DNA of 64,000 nucleotides, taken from positions 192,758,001 through 192,822,000 of the forward strand of contig OX597815.1 in NCBI GenBank assembly GCA_951406725.2. Reading direction: 5' to 3'. Each line of letters starts with the position of its first letter. The stretch's first letter is position 1. Made by a program: the position numbers and the translations under genes. Below are positions 39,610 through 52,870 of the stretch, in pieces. The notes beneath the pieces were generated by a model. It made no database searches. It was not told where the DNA came from and saw only the letters and a list, made by a program, of their open reading frames with translations. The DNA comes from Octopus vulgaris (Eukaryota).

Positions 39610-39923
39610 GTGTGTGTATGAGTTCAAATTCCACTGAGGTCGATTTTGCCTTTTATCCTTTCAAGGTCAATAAATTAAGTGCCAGTTGCGAACTGGCGTT
39701 GATCTAATCGATTGGCCCCTTCCCTTGAAATTTCGGGCTTAGAGTAGAAAAGATAATTTAAAGCAGTTAGATTCAGCCCCATGCAACTTAAAGTTGCATT
39801 AGGTCCAATCAAACTGTTTTAAATAATAATATAACTGACTCCTACTAAACGTGCTAAGTGTCTCTTTCTTTCGTTTGTCCACTCATACATGTGTGTGTGT
39901 GCACGTATATATATATATATATA

Positions 39924-39964
<41 letters not shown>

Positions 39965-40059
39965 TGTGTGTGTGTGAGTGTGTATGTATATATGTATCTA
40001 TATGTATGTATATATATATGTGTGTGTATTTATATGTGTGTGTGTGCACAGCGCCGCCA

Positions 40060-40300
40060 TTACTGGCTTCTGCGCCGGTGGCACATAAAAAGCACCAACT
40101 GCTTGTTGCTATTGCCAGCCTCCCCTAGCCCGTGCTTGTGGCACGTAAAAAGCACCCACTACACTCATGGAGCGGTTGATGTTAGGAAGGGCATCCAGCT
40201 GTAGAAACACTGATGCAGCCTCCTTGCTTCCCAGACCCCGGTCGAACTGTCCAACCCATGCTAGCATGGGAAACGGACGTTAAATGATGATGATGATGAT
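40060..40300 (+). mobile_element. (GAT)n-tailed RTE 3'-end/SINE copy
   Basis: ggtggcacataaaaagcacc / gtggcacgtaaaaagcacc units and tail. Confidence 0.8.
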
Positions 40301-40301
40301 G

Positions 40302-40333
<32 letters not shown>

Positions 40334-40446
40334 AAATGAGATAGGGGTTGAAAATTCAACCCACCATATATAAGTATGGATTGAGTATCATCGGATAGTT
40401 GATGTTTTACTGATTTAAGTATGTTTCTCCATTCTCTAATTTTGTA

Positions 40447-40482
<36 letters not shown>

Positions 40483-40486
<4 letters not shown>

Positions 40487-40690
40487 AGAGTTCACGAAAA
40501 AACAAAAGTCGAAGACAGGTGGTGTAGAAAACAAACAGATGTATTAGTATAACGCTCAGAAATTGAAAAAGTCTTTTATGTTTCGAGCCTACGCTCTTCT
40601 ACAGAAAAGAACACAAAAAGAAACAAGGAGAGAAAAAAAATGTGTGTAGTGGCTACTGATCTATCATGGTGACTGCCAGACAGAAACATC
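40483..40690 (-). mobile_element. Penelope-like terminal-repeat fragment with a degenerate minimal hammerhead
   Basis: Minus strand reads tctttt-CTGTAGA-a-gagc-gtag-gctc-GAAAC-ata-aaaga (40572-40610). It abuts (TA)n and resembles 59960-60075. Confidence 0.55.
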
Positions 40691-40768
40691 CTTATCAATT
40701 GAAGCAGGTCAATTTACATGCAGTCATACTGAAGCATGCAGTTGTATCTTTAAATGTGATTTCTGGTC

Positions 40769-40804
<36 letters not shown>

Positions 40805-41584
40805 ATGTTCTGTTATCCTATATATATATATGCTCTAAGCTATGAATTCTCATTCTATGTAGTATATTTCAGATATTACTGCTTTTGTTGGCAGCAGTAA
40901 TTCAATTGTAAATAATTACTACATTGGTATGGTCATAATCAAAGTCCATTTAAGTACGGAATATTTGCTTCAAAATCCCTACCTAAAAGTACCAGTAAAT
41001 TATCTCCGCATTGTCAAGTTCCATCTCAGGAAACAACTAAGATCAATCAAGCACTCACTAATTACAGATATTTCCATATGTTAGCTGACCGATACTAAAT
41101 TAAATACAATGAGAACTATGAGACAGTACCAACTGAACTCCTATTCCAGAATGAATTATTTTGCTTTCAATTCATGCAGATACTTTTGGAATAGCAATAA
41201 CCCTTATAAGGTCACTTCATCTGCTAAACATAGCAGCCAAATCTCTATCAAATTACACTGTCTGAAAAGAAAAACAGTATGGTCCTGATTGGAATGTTTT
41301 ATATCAAAAGGGTGTGTTATAACACTATTCCACAAATACTAAAACAGCCATAGCAACAATCCAACATATGTCCATCATCAGCTGCCCCACAGATATCATT
41401 ATGGTTTTGACACCTGGGCAGTACCATTCAATCCAGCAGTGTCAACAGTACTAAAAGAAGTGTTGTTTGTGAACAAACATACCAAAAAAAAAAACCACAA
41501 CTTTCAAACACATTTACCCTAAGTATAATAGTATGATGTTCACTCAAACACCAGATTCTTGTAACAAGAAAATTGGGAGCTCAT

Positions 41585-41799
41585 TCTTCTATTCTTTTAT
41601 TTGTTTCAGTCATTTGACTGTGGCCATGTCGGAGCACAGCCTTTAGTTGAGCAAATCGACCTCAGGACTTATTCATTGTAAGCCTAGTACTTATTCTATC
41701 AGTCTCTTTTGCTGAACCACTAAGTTACGGGGACGTAAACACATCAGCATCGGTTGTCAAGCAGTGTTAGGGGGGACAAACACAGACACACAAACATAT

Positions 41800-41836
<37 letters not shown>

Positions 41837-41869
41837 CACAAATATACATTCATATATATATATACAAAT

Positions 41870-41916
<47 letters not shown>

Positions 41917-42107
41917 CACATATATATATATATATATATATACGACAGGCTTCTTTCAGTTTCCGTCTACCAAATCCACTCACAAGGCTTTGGTCGGCCT
42001 GAGGCTATAGTAGAAGATACTTGCCCAAGGTGCCACGCAGTGGGACTGAACCAGGAACCATGAGGCTGGTAAGCAAGCTACTTACCACACAGCCACTCCT
42101 ATGCCTA
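41585..42107 (-). mobile_element. CORE-like SINE with an expanded internal (TA/CA)n
   Basis: Family head and tail motifs flank a ~160-bp microsatellite. Confidence 0.88.
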
Positions 42108-42534
42108 AACAACTCATATGGAGTTGTTTAGATTAGTGACATTAAGAAAACTGACTTGTCTTATGGCTAGATTAAATGGTAATATTTAAGCTTAGTTCCT
42201 TGAAAATGATCTGTAAATCATGTTCTGCACAATTGGTTTTTTTCAACCCAACTTATTAGCTTCACCACAGGCAACTCAATTCCGCCCCATTTTTACTTTC
42301 TTCACTGCATTTGTCTCCTCCTAAGCATCTTCCCCATTTTTATTCTTTCTCCAATGCTTTCCCAACTCCCCATTTTTATTATGTATATGATATTTTCTCA
42401 GATATTCTTCATTACAATTCCAAATGTTTGACAAATGAAACTATACTAGATTGTAATCCTAAATTTTTTTTTAGCTTTATTAAACATCTACATTTTTTCT
42501 ACATTCAATATTGAGTTCTTAGTAACCAAATACA

Positions 42535-42650
42535 AGAGGACAAATTAGTAGGTTGTATATGGTTTTTAAAAGAGAAAAGAATCAAATAAGACATCAAATG
42601 GAAAGTGATCAAGAGGTCAAAGATATAAATTGAGCCAAGAAGTTCAGACA
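42535..42650 (+). mobile_element. possible Penelope-like element endonuclease C-terminal relic
   Basis: Translation DKLVGCIWFLKEKRIK*DIKWKVIKRSKI* resembles the IW-x-LK...I-x-W-x-I/V pattern found after the GIY-YIG domain of PLEs. Confidence 0.4.
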
Positions 42651-44106
42651 TTTTACAAAACCTCAAAAATCCTTATTTCTGCTTCAACATCAAAAATGAA
42701 GTCATTACAAGATACCCTCACATGGACAAGTACATACTAACCAACCAAGAAGCCCAGCCTCTGGCTTCCACACTACCATTGTGAACCACCTTACTGTGAA
42801 GGATACCTTTTATACATTGTTCTTTCTGTTTTTTTCACTTCCTCTTTCCCACTATATTCTTCTAAACATCAACCCTACCCTTTCTCATTTCTTCTGTTTG
42901 TTTTCTCTTCCTTTCTTGGATTTTATTTCCTCCCTTCCTTTTGACTTTTCAAATGTCCTTGTTACCAACTTTTTACCTTCTTACAACTTTGATCCGGAAT
43001 ACTTTTCATCCAAATACTACCACTACTTTCACTCTAAGAGCCTAAGAACATCAAACAATCATTCGATTACTCTCTTCCATTTCTTTTCAGACTAAATTTG
43101 ATCATATTGTTTCTTCATGTCATTATCACACATAGCCCAAGGGAAATGATCCTAGCAAAGTAATTTACAGCATTAAGATCCTTGGGCCATATACTTCTTC
43201 TTTAGAAATGAACTTTATCTCACATTTTCTTAGACTCTTTCCTCTAACATGAGATTCCATACAGTAACCATCTTAAATAATTACTTTATTATTTCAACAG
43301 TCCCAATCAGTATAGAACTTTTCTATAGACCTACTTATGATTAGTTTCTCAAATATAACAAATAACTTGGATATGAATAATTGTGTTATCCCCACTAAGA
43401 GCATGGGCCCTATAATTATTTCAACTAACAGAAAGCTTGAAAAGGACATGCACTTCATCATACTACTTTCCTCTTCATTCTTGGTTACTTTTGTATGTTT
43501 TGTTGACCGTACACAAGATAATGCTCTCAAGCTAAATGACTGAGATTTTTGTTTTGTTTGTTTTATGTATTTGTTATTTATTTATCTTGTTTTTTTTTTT
43601 TGTTATTATCTCTCTTCACAAGCTACAATGAACAACCACTCATACTATGTAATTAATTAATGTTATTAATTATGAATACGATCACTCATTACATTTCTAT
43701 TGTCTTGTTGCTTGTTTAGTCATGGCTAAGAATTCATGCTAAAATTCTGCGGATCTCTAATCAAAAGAATTCTCTCTCTCTCCACCCCTGATCTCTCTCT
43801 CTCTCTCTCTTTTTCTCTCCCTTCACCTCACAACCTAATTACATACTTATCTCCTTAGGAACACTCAGTTATTAGATTTCTTCCTTAATATCTTCATTAC
43901 TGATTCAAGTGTTAAGAATTGCTCTCATTTTCTCATTCACTTACAGCCTTATAGACTGCTTTGGTCAGGTTTAGTAAATTTTCATATAGTCCACACAGCA
44001 TGGCCCCTAGTAATTACTTTTAAAAAGGGTATATGTTTCTCTTCCCTAAATGCTCCCATCTACCCTACTCCATCAACCACAATTTCCTATAAAGTTATCC
44101 TGATGT

Positions 44107-44280
44107 GGAGGCGCAATGGCCCAGTGGTTAGGGCAGCGGACTTGCGGTCGGAGGATCGCGGTTTCGATTCCCAGACCGGGCGTTGTGTGTGTTTATTGAG
44201 CGAAAACACCTAAAAAAGCTCCACGAGGCTCCGGCAGGGGATGGTGGTGATCCCTGCTGTACTCTTTCACCACTCTAAAA
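44107..44280 (+). mobile_element. tRNA-derived SINE 5' part (same family as 30482-30773)
   Basis: ggaggcgcaatggcccagtggttagggcagcggac...ggtttcgattccc, then gagcgaaaacacctaa...gctccacg. Confidence 0.8.
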
Positions 44281-45453
44281 GGCGGTGCTCCAGCATGGCC
44301 GCAGTCAAAATGACTGAAACAAGTACAAAAAAAAAAAAAAAAAAAAAAAAATGTGTTCCCTGGAAAACTACTACCATCTTGAGCAGCTGCCTGGTGAAAA
44401 ATGCTCTACAGGGATCCCATGTCTCCTTGCATTTATCTCTGCCACCCAAAGACATATTGACATACAGCCACAATGTATATCCATATGGACATATATTCAC
44501 AATGTATACCATATTGTTGACACTTCTCTTTCACCTAGTGCAGTATCACACTGCACATGCCAGCACCACATAAAAGGCACCCATGTTGGCGCTCCATATA
44601 AAACATCCATACAGGTTCCACCTATTAAAAGCATCTGTGCTGGCACCATGTACTGAAGGTACTTGTGCCAGTTCCACATAAAAGGTGCCCATGCTGGTGT
44701 CACATAATAAGCACCCGGTACACTCTGTAAAGTGGTTGGCATTAGGAAGGGCATCAGCCATAGAAACCATTCCAAAACAGACAACAAGAACCTGGTGCAG
44801 CCCTCTGGCTTGCCAGCTCCTGTCAAATCATCCAACCCAAACATAGCAAGAAAACAGATTTGCCGAACCCCTAAGTTACAGGGAAGTACACACACCAGCA
44901 TTGGTTGTCAAGTAATGTTGGGGGGACAAACACAGACATACAACCATATACACACACATACATACATATATACGACGGGCTTCTTTCAGTTTCCATCTAC
45001 CAAATCCACTCACAAGGCTTTGGTCAGCCCGAGGCTATAATAGAAGACACTTGCCCAAGGTGCCACGCAGTGGGATTAAACCCAGAACCATGTGGTTCGT
45101 AAGCAAGTTACTTACCACACAGCCACTCCTATGCCTAGAAATGGTAACGAAAATGATCTTCATTTTCATTATATGCTCTGTAAATGAGAATATGAGCTGA
45201 TAAGAATAAAAATATCATTCAATATCTTTCACATGTTTTCCCATGCAATCTGGTTTAGGTCTTCTCCAACACAACATCTTGCCAGCTGTTGCAGTCCTTT
45301 ATCAGTTTCTTGAAATCATCTTTCACCACTTCTCCCTATGTCTTTGTTGATCCTTTCTCAAACAAATTCCTTCCATTTGGATCGTTTAACATTCTTCACT
45401 CCACAATCGTCCTCCATACCAGCTGTCTTCTCTCTGGTACACTGCCTCTGATA

Positions 45454-45870
45454 TGGCAGCGAGCTGGCAGAAACGTTAGCATGCTGGGCGAAATGTTTTG
45501 TGGTATTTCATCCGCTGCTCGTTCTGAGTTCAAATTCTGCCGAGGTCAACTTTGCCTTTCATCCTTTCGGGGTCGATTAAATAAGTACCAGAGTTACACA
45601 CTGGGGTTGATATAATCGACTAATCCATTTGTTTGTCCTTGTTTGTCCTCTCTGTGTTTAGCCCCTTGTGGGTAGTAAAGAAATAAGTATTTCGTCTGCC
45701 GCTATGTTCTGAGTTCAAATTCCGCCAAGGTCAACTTTGCCTTTCATCCTTTCGGGGTCGATTAAATAAGTACCAGTTATGCACTGGGGTTGATATAATC
45801 GACTAATCCGTTTGTCTGTCCTTGTTTGTCCTCTCTGTGTTTAGCCCCTTGTGGGTAGTAAAGAAATAGG
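45454..45870 (+). mobile_element. dimeric SINE, 'GTCGACTTTGCCTTTCATCC' family
   Basis: A full unit, then a second headless unit joined at gtaaagaaataagtatttcgtctg (~45675-45698). Confidence 0.88.
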
Positions 45871-46239
45871 TACATTGCCTCTGATTCTTCTTGTACCCAT
45901 TTTTCTTTCTCAGTTCATTTGTACCCAGTCATTCATGTGCACCAACATTACTCCTCCAGTGGACCATGTCTGCTTTTTTCTTCCCAACTTCCACACATCC
46001 AGGACATAGGACATTCAACACAGCATTTTGGTACTATACAACATTACACTTCATACCGAAGGCATCATACAACCTGCCCTCTTAATCCAAAGAGGGATCT
46101 CCTCTGTTGGCAACAGAGGAAAAGCTCCCTGAATTTTTTTCCATTCAGTTCTTACTCTGGCAACTATCCTTTTGCATCCTTTTTCTACTGTTAATTAAAT
46201 CCCAATAGTAACAAAAGCTATCATCTACTTCAAAAAATA

Positions 46240-46531
46240 TATATAAACTGCGAGGTAATTTAAAGTAGTTAAAATATGTTGTAGCTGATGCAGTTTATTA
46301 ATTGAACAAATCGAAATAAGTGTTCACCTATAGGCAACACACCCTCCGTTTTACTTTGAAGTGCAGCAATAAAATAATTATATCCATTGATCTATTGCTT
46401 TCCCATTTTATTAGTAAAATCCAGCTGCTGTGATTGCATAGTATAAGCAATTCTGCACAACAAAGAAATCTTAACCCTGAACAAAAGCATAAAATATGCT
46501 GACTCAGTAAAATATTTGTTGCATCCATCTT
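46240..46531. repeat. dispersed ~290-bp repeat, inverted copy of 23579-23870
   Basis: Direct reverse-complement match with few differences. Confidence 0.9.
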
Positions 46532-46914
46532 TCCAATTTAAGCACTTCAATAAATAAATGTGTGTGAGTGTGTGTTTGTGTGTGTGTATAATACAAACTA
46601 AAACTGCTAAACATGTTGCCAAATCTATATTAAAGATATTGAATTTTTCTTTTTAACATTGAGTGCAACAAAATTTTAAAGATGTCATAACATTTACTTT
46701 TTTGTAAAGAAAAGAAAGGACTTTTATAGGAAATATTTTGTTTATAAACTGCTAAGTTAGTCATCCTCTATTTTATGGTATGAACTATGAATCCTTATAC
46801 TTCTTAGTGAATTTCTTACCAAAGTTAAGTTTTGGAAATTAATAAAAATGAAAATACCCACATACTGGAAATGACTCAACAAAAGAAAAAAAAAATCCTA
46901 CATTCTCTTTCTCT

Positions 46915-47279
46915 CTTTTACTTGTTTCTGTCATTTGACTGCGGCCGTGCTGGAGCACCTCCTTTAGTTGAACAAATCGACCCCAGGATTTGTAAGCCTA
47001 GTACTTATTCTATCGGTCTCTTTTGCCGAACTGCTAAGTTACGATGACGTAAACACACCAGCATCGGTTGTCAAGCGATGTTGGTGGGGACAAACACACA
47101 CACACATATATATATATGTATATACAACGGGCTTCTTTCAGTTTCTGTCTACCAAATCCACTCACAAGGCTTTGGTCGGACTGAGGCTATAGTAGAAGAC
47201 ACTTGCCCAAGGTGCCACGCAGTGGAAGCCATGTGGTTGGTAAGCAAGCTACTTACCACACAGCCACTCCTGCACCTAT
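46915..47279 (-). mobile_element. CORE-like SINE
   Basis: Family motifs present. Confidence 0.85.
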
Positions 47280-47574
47280 GTTACATAAACAGTAATAACA
47301 GAAGATTAAATTAACTAAATCTAGTTTTCTTTTTTCATACTCACACAAGTTTTACTACAGAAATAAACGTCCACTTAAGTATAATAGGTTCACAAGACAA
47401 AATCAGCTAAACCATTGAACTTATTGTCATTTTGTCATTAAGAACATTTAGTTATAATGTGATATTGTCTATTAATATAGTATCTACTTAATAGAAAGTA
47501 ATTTGCAGCTTTTCTATATTCTTTACAGAATATACAAATATCTAATGAAGTTTGCAATACAAATCTATACACAT

Positions 47575-47980
47575 AGGCGCAGGAGTGGCTGTGTGGTAAG
47601 TAGATTGCTTGCCAACCACATGGTTCCAGGTTCAGTCCCATTGCATGGCACCTTGGACAAGTGTCTTCTACTATAGCCTCGGGCCGACCAAAGCCTTGTG
47701 AGTAGGTTTGGTAGATGGAAACTGAAAGAAGTCCGTCGTATATATGTATATATATGTATGTGCGTGTGTGTTTGTGTGTCTGTGTTTGTCCCCCTAGCAT
47801 TGCTTGACAACCGATGCTGGTGTGTTTATGTCCCCGCCACTTAGTGGTTCGGCAAAAGAGACCGATAGAATAAGTACTGGGCTTACAAAGAATAAGTCCC
47901 GGGGTTGAGTTGCTCGATTAAAAGGTGGTGCTCCAGCATGGCCGCAGTCAAATGACTGAAACAAGTAAAAGAGTAAAGAG
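47575..47980 (+). mobile_element. CORE-like SINE
   Basis: taggcgcaggagtggctgtgtgg...aatgactgaaacaagtaaaagagtaaagag. Confidence 0.9.
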
Positions 47981-48624
47981 TATATAAAGCTGAAGTTGTC
48001 TCTGTGTGTGTGGCAGGTTTGGTAGCCTTCAACTAACACTATTTCCTCTGAGACCCTGCGGTGCAAGTTGACCAAAATTGAGAGTATGGTAGAAGAAGGC
48101 TTGCTCTTCATTCCGTAGAAGAAGAAATTCAAATCGGACCGTGTTAACACCAAAAAGGTGCTTTTTTTCTATGAAAATCCCTATTTTTTTACGATTTTTT
48201 GACTGCTGTGTCGCCATTTTTCGGTGCATTTCAACCAGAAAAATGTTCACTTAACCCTTTAGTGTTTAAACCGGCTATATCCGGCCCAAATAGTCTACTC
48301 ATTTTATGCTCAAACTGGCCAGAACCAGTATCTCACACCTACCCTGCAATGTCATTCTAAAAATAAACAATTACATCTTTCAAATCTTGAAGCTACAAGA
48401 TAATACCAGGTTAATTTTTTAAAATGTAAATGAATAAGGATTATTTCTGACATATTAATTTGAACGCTAAAGGGTTAAAGAGAATAACAAGCTACATAAT
48501 GCAAAATTTTTATTTTTCAAAAAAGATTGAAACTATGTCAAAACTTTGTTAACGCAACATCAAAGTGCGCCGTTTTAAGCGCAACTAAAAAACAAACCCG
48601 AGCATCGCCGGGCTATACTGCTAG
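47981..48624 (+). mobile_element. non-autonomous Helitron-like element
   Basis: 3' end cccg-agcatcgc-cggg-ctatactgCTAG|t. Homologous to 3273-3662. Confidence 0.75.
48255..48474. mobile_element. piggyBac-type MITE with TTAA TSD
   Basis: TTAA|ccctttagtgtt...aacgctaaaggg|TTAA. The paralogous empty site aatgttcacTTAAagagaat is at ~3551-3570. Confidence 0.9.
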
Positions 48625-49369
48625 TATCTAATAAAGTTTGCTATCTATACTGTATCTTTCTTTTTCTCCTTTTTTACACAAAGGTAACAGTTTTGTGCTT
48701 GCAAACAGTTTATGCACAGCAAATAAAACATTCAACAAATTGCGTAGCGACCAACTGCTTTTCATAGTGAATTCAATCTCTACATGGTAAGCTATTGTTG
48801 TTGAACAGTCTTCTGTCTTTTCTGCTCAAGCATACCTATGACACCATCAGAGCTGCTACATGTTTGAGCAACACGTAAATCATCTTTGACCCAAAATAAG
48901 AAATACTTTAGAAGATACAGGCAGTGTTTGGCAGTGTGAGGATCAGTGAGACAATCACAGAATGCTGCACACATTTGGTCAGACAGTCTCTTTACGCTCT
49001 TACTCGTTTCAGTCATTTGACTGTGGCCATGCTGGAGCACTGCCTTTTTCAGTCGAGAAAGTCGATAAGTAAGATATTTAAAATTCTATCTTCTTACATA
49101 ATAATAAATATATTTTACTAAGAACAAGAGTGGTTTTGTGGGTGTTCAACTCCAGATCAGCTCTGAACAGGAAGACCTGTCATGACAAGTGACCTAGTGA
49201 TGACAATTTCATCTCATTTTCAGGCATAGTATATCAAGGACTACATTATCCTATGAACCGGTCTGTTTTTGTTAAGATGATTGAGTGTCATTTGTAGGGG
49301 CTGTAATATAAAAGTTACCTCATTGACTCAAGGGCAATTTTCATAGGATAGGGCTAAAGTTGACTCTAC

Positions 49370-50125
49370 TATTGCATGGGCCAAAAAGTCTTTTCAGGTT
49401 TTTTCAACACTAAATTTCAAGCACTCTGATAAGTAGAGGGTGATGTAATGAATGGTCACTTGTGCATATGCATACTTGACACTTCAATGTAGTTTGACAC
49501 AAATTTGTGACAAGACAGAGCTGTATTCTATGTGCTTGGGATCACTCTGAATATGGAGAGCCAAAGCAAACATTATCAACACTTCATATTTTTTTTTTGT
49601 TTTGTTTTTTATTATGAAAAAGGAAGAAAGCATGAGAAAAGCGTATATGCTGTGTATGGAAAGGATGATGTTACAGAATGAATGTGTACCAAAAGGGGTT
49701 TTCAGATTTTAATCAGGGAATCTTTTGGTTCAAAATGCACCTCACTCTGGCCAGCCCAGTAAGATTTAACAGCAACAAAATAAAGGAGATAGTAAACACC
49801 AACACCCATTATACAACCAGGATGATCCAGACGTTCTCCAAATATTCAAACCAAGTGCTGAAAACCATTTGCATCAACTTGATTGCGTCAGTAGGTTTGA
49901 TGTTTGGGTCTCATATCAGTTGAATGAGGCTAACCTCAAACAACAGATTTCCATCCGTGATTTGTTGCAGAAATGCGAATGGTGACAGGGGATGAATAGT
50001 GGATCATCTGTGATGATGTGAAGTGCAAATAATCATGGGGGAAGCGCAGCAAAGCACCACAAACAACGTCCAGAGCAGGACTTCACCCAATAGGTTATGC
50101 TTTCAATTTGGTGGGATTGAAGGGG
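49370..50125 (+). mobile_element. highly degenerate mariner element
   Basis: TIR-like tattgcatgggccaaaaagt. Fragments translate to AVYGKDDV, WVSYQLNE and VTGDE*WII across frameshifts. Confidence 0.7.
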
Positions 50126-50239
50126 TGTTCAAACTGGCTAGATCCAGCCTCTCACCTCTAACCTACAATGTCATTCTGAAACTAAATCCCCAAACCATCG
50201 AAATCTCAAAACTATGTAATGCATGATTAATTCAAAATA

Positions 50240-50652
50240 GTACTCTCTTTTTACTCTTTTACTTGCTTCAGTCATTTGACTGTGACCATGCTGGAGCACC
50301 GCCTTTAGTCAAATAAATCTACCCCAGCACTTATTCTTTGTAAGCCTAGTACTTATTCTATCAGTCTCTTTTACCGAACTGCTAAGTTATGAGGGCATAA
50401 ACACACCAGCATTGGTTGTTAAGCAATGTTGGAGAGACAAACACACACACACAAACATATACACACACACAAATATATATATATGTGCATATATACGATG
50501 GGCTTCTTTCAGTTTCCCTCTACCAAATCCACTCACAAGGCTTTGGTCGGCCCAAGGCTATAGTAGAAGACACTTGCCCAAGGTGCCACGCGGTGGGACT
50601 GAACCCAGAACCGAGTGGTTCGTAAGCAAGTTACTTACCACACAGTCACTTC
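50240..50652 (-). mobile_element. CORE-like SINE
   Basis: Family motifs present. Confidence 0.85.
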
Positions 50653-51227
50653 TAATGAATAATTACATTTGACACTAATCTGAATCCTAGAGTTAACATT
50701 TGTTGTTCTATCATCTTATCTATTTCCATTTCCTTAGACATCAAATATATAGACTTTCTTGTTGTTTTTATTATTTTTTTTTTTTTACTCAAAACACAAC
50801 ATAAGTTTGTAGAATTTGATTAGTTGAACAGATTTTAGTATATTACTGACATTATTAAGCATAGGTTACCATAAACAAACAGACCTAGAATCAAAGTATT
50901 CTAGCCATGGTTATCCTGTCTTTTAGGGGTGTGTAGGATTAGAGTATCAAATATATCCTGTCCTTAAGATGGTAGAGTGAGATGTGAGGAAGGTTTGTCA
51001 GATATTTCAATCAGATCAAGCGGTCACACTTTATCGGTTTGTTACTGCTACTATTATATGAACAGATGAATAACAAAGTCACCTCAGGTGGCACAATTAG
51101 TAATGAAACAAACACTCAGTCAATATTTTTAATTAACTTAAATTTTGGAGTTGTCTCCCTTGCTTTATTTAAAAAAAAAAGAACAAAATTAATCATTAAA
51201 CTAACGGGATTTTTTCCCTTCACACTA

Positions 51228-51621
51228 TATACTCTTTTACTTGCTTCAGTCATTTGACTGCGGCCATGCTGGAGCACCACCTTTAGTCGAGCAAATCAAC
51301 CCCAGGACTTATTCTTTGGAAGCCTAGTACTTATTCTATCAGTCTCTTTTGCCAAATCGCTAAGTTACGGGGATGTAAACATACCAGCATCGGTTGTCAA
51401 GCGATGTTGGGTGGACAACCACAGACACACAAACACATACAGACGTACATATATATATATACATACATATATACGATGGGCTTCTTTCAGTTTCCATCTA
51501 CCAAATCCACTCACCAGGTTTTGGTCGGCCCGAGGCTATAGCATTAGGCACTTGCCCAAGGTGCCACGCAGTGGGAATGAACCCGGAACCATGTGGTTGG
51601 TAAGCAAGCTACTTACCACAC
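51228..51621 (-). mobile_element. CORE-like SINE
   Basis: Family motifs present. Confidence 0.85.
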
Positions 51622-51889
51622 TTAATAAAAAATTTCTTAGCTCACTCACTATATTAAACACGTTAGCCACAATTTCCTTATACATTTATTTCGTCCCTCC
51701 AGTCACTCAGCCATCTCCACCACTCTCAATCAAACGAAACTTGCTAACAAATTCTTTTCGGCTAAACACGGGTATACTGTAACAAATCTGGAAAATCTTA
51801 GGTTATGATGCTCCCAGGACAAGTGATTCGAAATTACCTCAACCAAAATTTGAAGCTTTTTTTTTAGTTTTGTCCAACCAAGGCCATAT

Positions 51890-52190
51890 AGCATTCCTGT
51901 TCATCACTCCTGCTCCAGAGTGTCGGCTGCGGGGTCACTCCGAAAAGCTCTATCTGGGACGATTTCATCTCAATCGAAGGGGAGGGGCTTTCTCCGTCCG
52001 GGTAGCGGATCCGTGGAATAAGCTGCCGGACGAGATAGTGAAGATGCCGACGACCTCTCGGTTCAAAGTCTCCCTTGACCACAAGTGGCCTGAACTCTTT
52101 ACATGAACACCATCCTGTACATAACTCCATGTCCCCCTACTTGGCCTTGCTTTTTGATTTTTGAGGCAAAAAATTAACTAACTAACCAAC
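51890..52190 (+). mobile_element. CR1-clade LINE 3' end (same family as 26420-26860)
   Basis: RLRGHSEKLY...FSVRVADPWNKLPDE...WPELFT*, followed by the 3'UTR and a taactaactaac tail. Confidence 0.9.
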
Positions 52191-52293
52191 ATTTCAGTTA
52201 AAGAGTCACAAACCAGATGATATTTTCGTAACAACTACTCATCGTTATGAGAAATTTACCAATGTCTCCACAGTGTTTTCCATTAAGCCTTAA

Positions 52294-52505
52294 CCCTTTC
52301 GTTACCAACCCGGCTCTGGCTCTGTAGTACAAATGTCTGGTTTTCAAAATTTCTGAATTAAAATCATCCACCAAACCTTAGTCACAATTTATGTCCCTAA
52401 CACTAGCTGAATGATAACTAAGTTATTTTACTTAATTCTTTGTTATAATCAAAATTAATTGAAAGAAACACAGAGCATCTCAAAATAAATACAGTAACAA
52501 AAGGG
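52294..52505. mobile_element. piggyBac-type MITE with TTAA TSD
   Basis: TTAA|ccctttcgttac...gtaacaaaaggg|TTAA. Confidence 0.85.
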
Positions 52506-52870
52506 TTAATACTGTTTTTATTATTGTCTTCATATCAGTTTAGTTTTCATATCAGCCATGACTGAACAGATCTATGATCAAAGCCATTCCTGTGGTAATG
52601 CATCCTTCATTCTCTAATTTCAGATTGTAGGGTGTGATTTGTGACAGATTACACTGTTGTTTCTGGTGGGTTTTGGAACCACGAAAAAGCTCCCGTGGTG
52701 GTTTGTTTGATATTGATTTCTAACATTGGCACACAAACCACGTACATAATGTAGGAAGGTACAGATGTTTAATCCGAAAGCAGTATAGTGCTGACACTTA
52801 TTTGGTAAGACTCTGAATAAACGAAACTGGCGGGATTTGAAACACTAGATATAAAACGTCGTTGATTAGA

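Noticed and set aside
41744-42063. YI/HT/CV/poly-H ORFs here and throughout the window
   Set aside because: They are translations of (TA)n, (CA)n, (CAT)n and (GA)n microsatellites or SINE sequence.
44107-44180. Possible tRNA gene (also 30485, 47576, 63368)
   Set aside because: These are tRNA-like SINE heads that continue into SINE bodies, with no proper acceptor stem.
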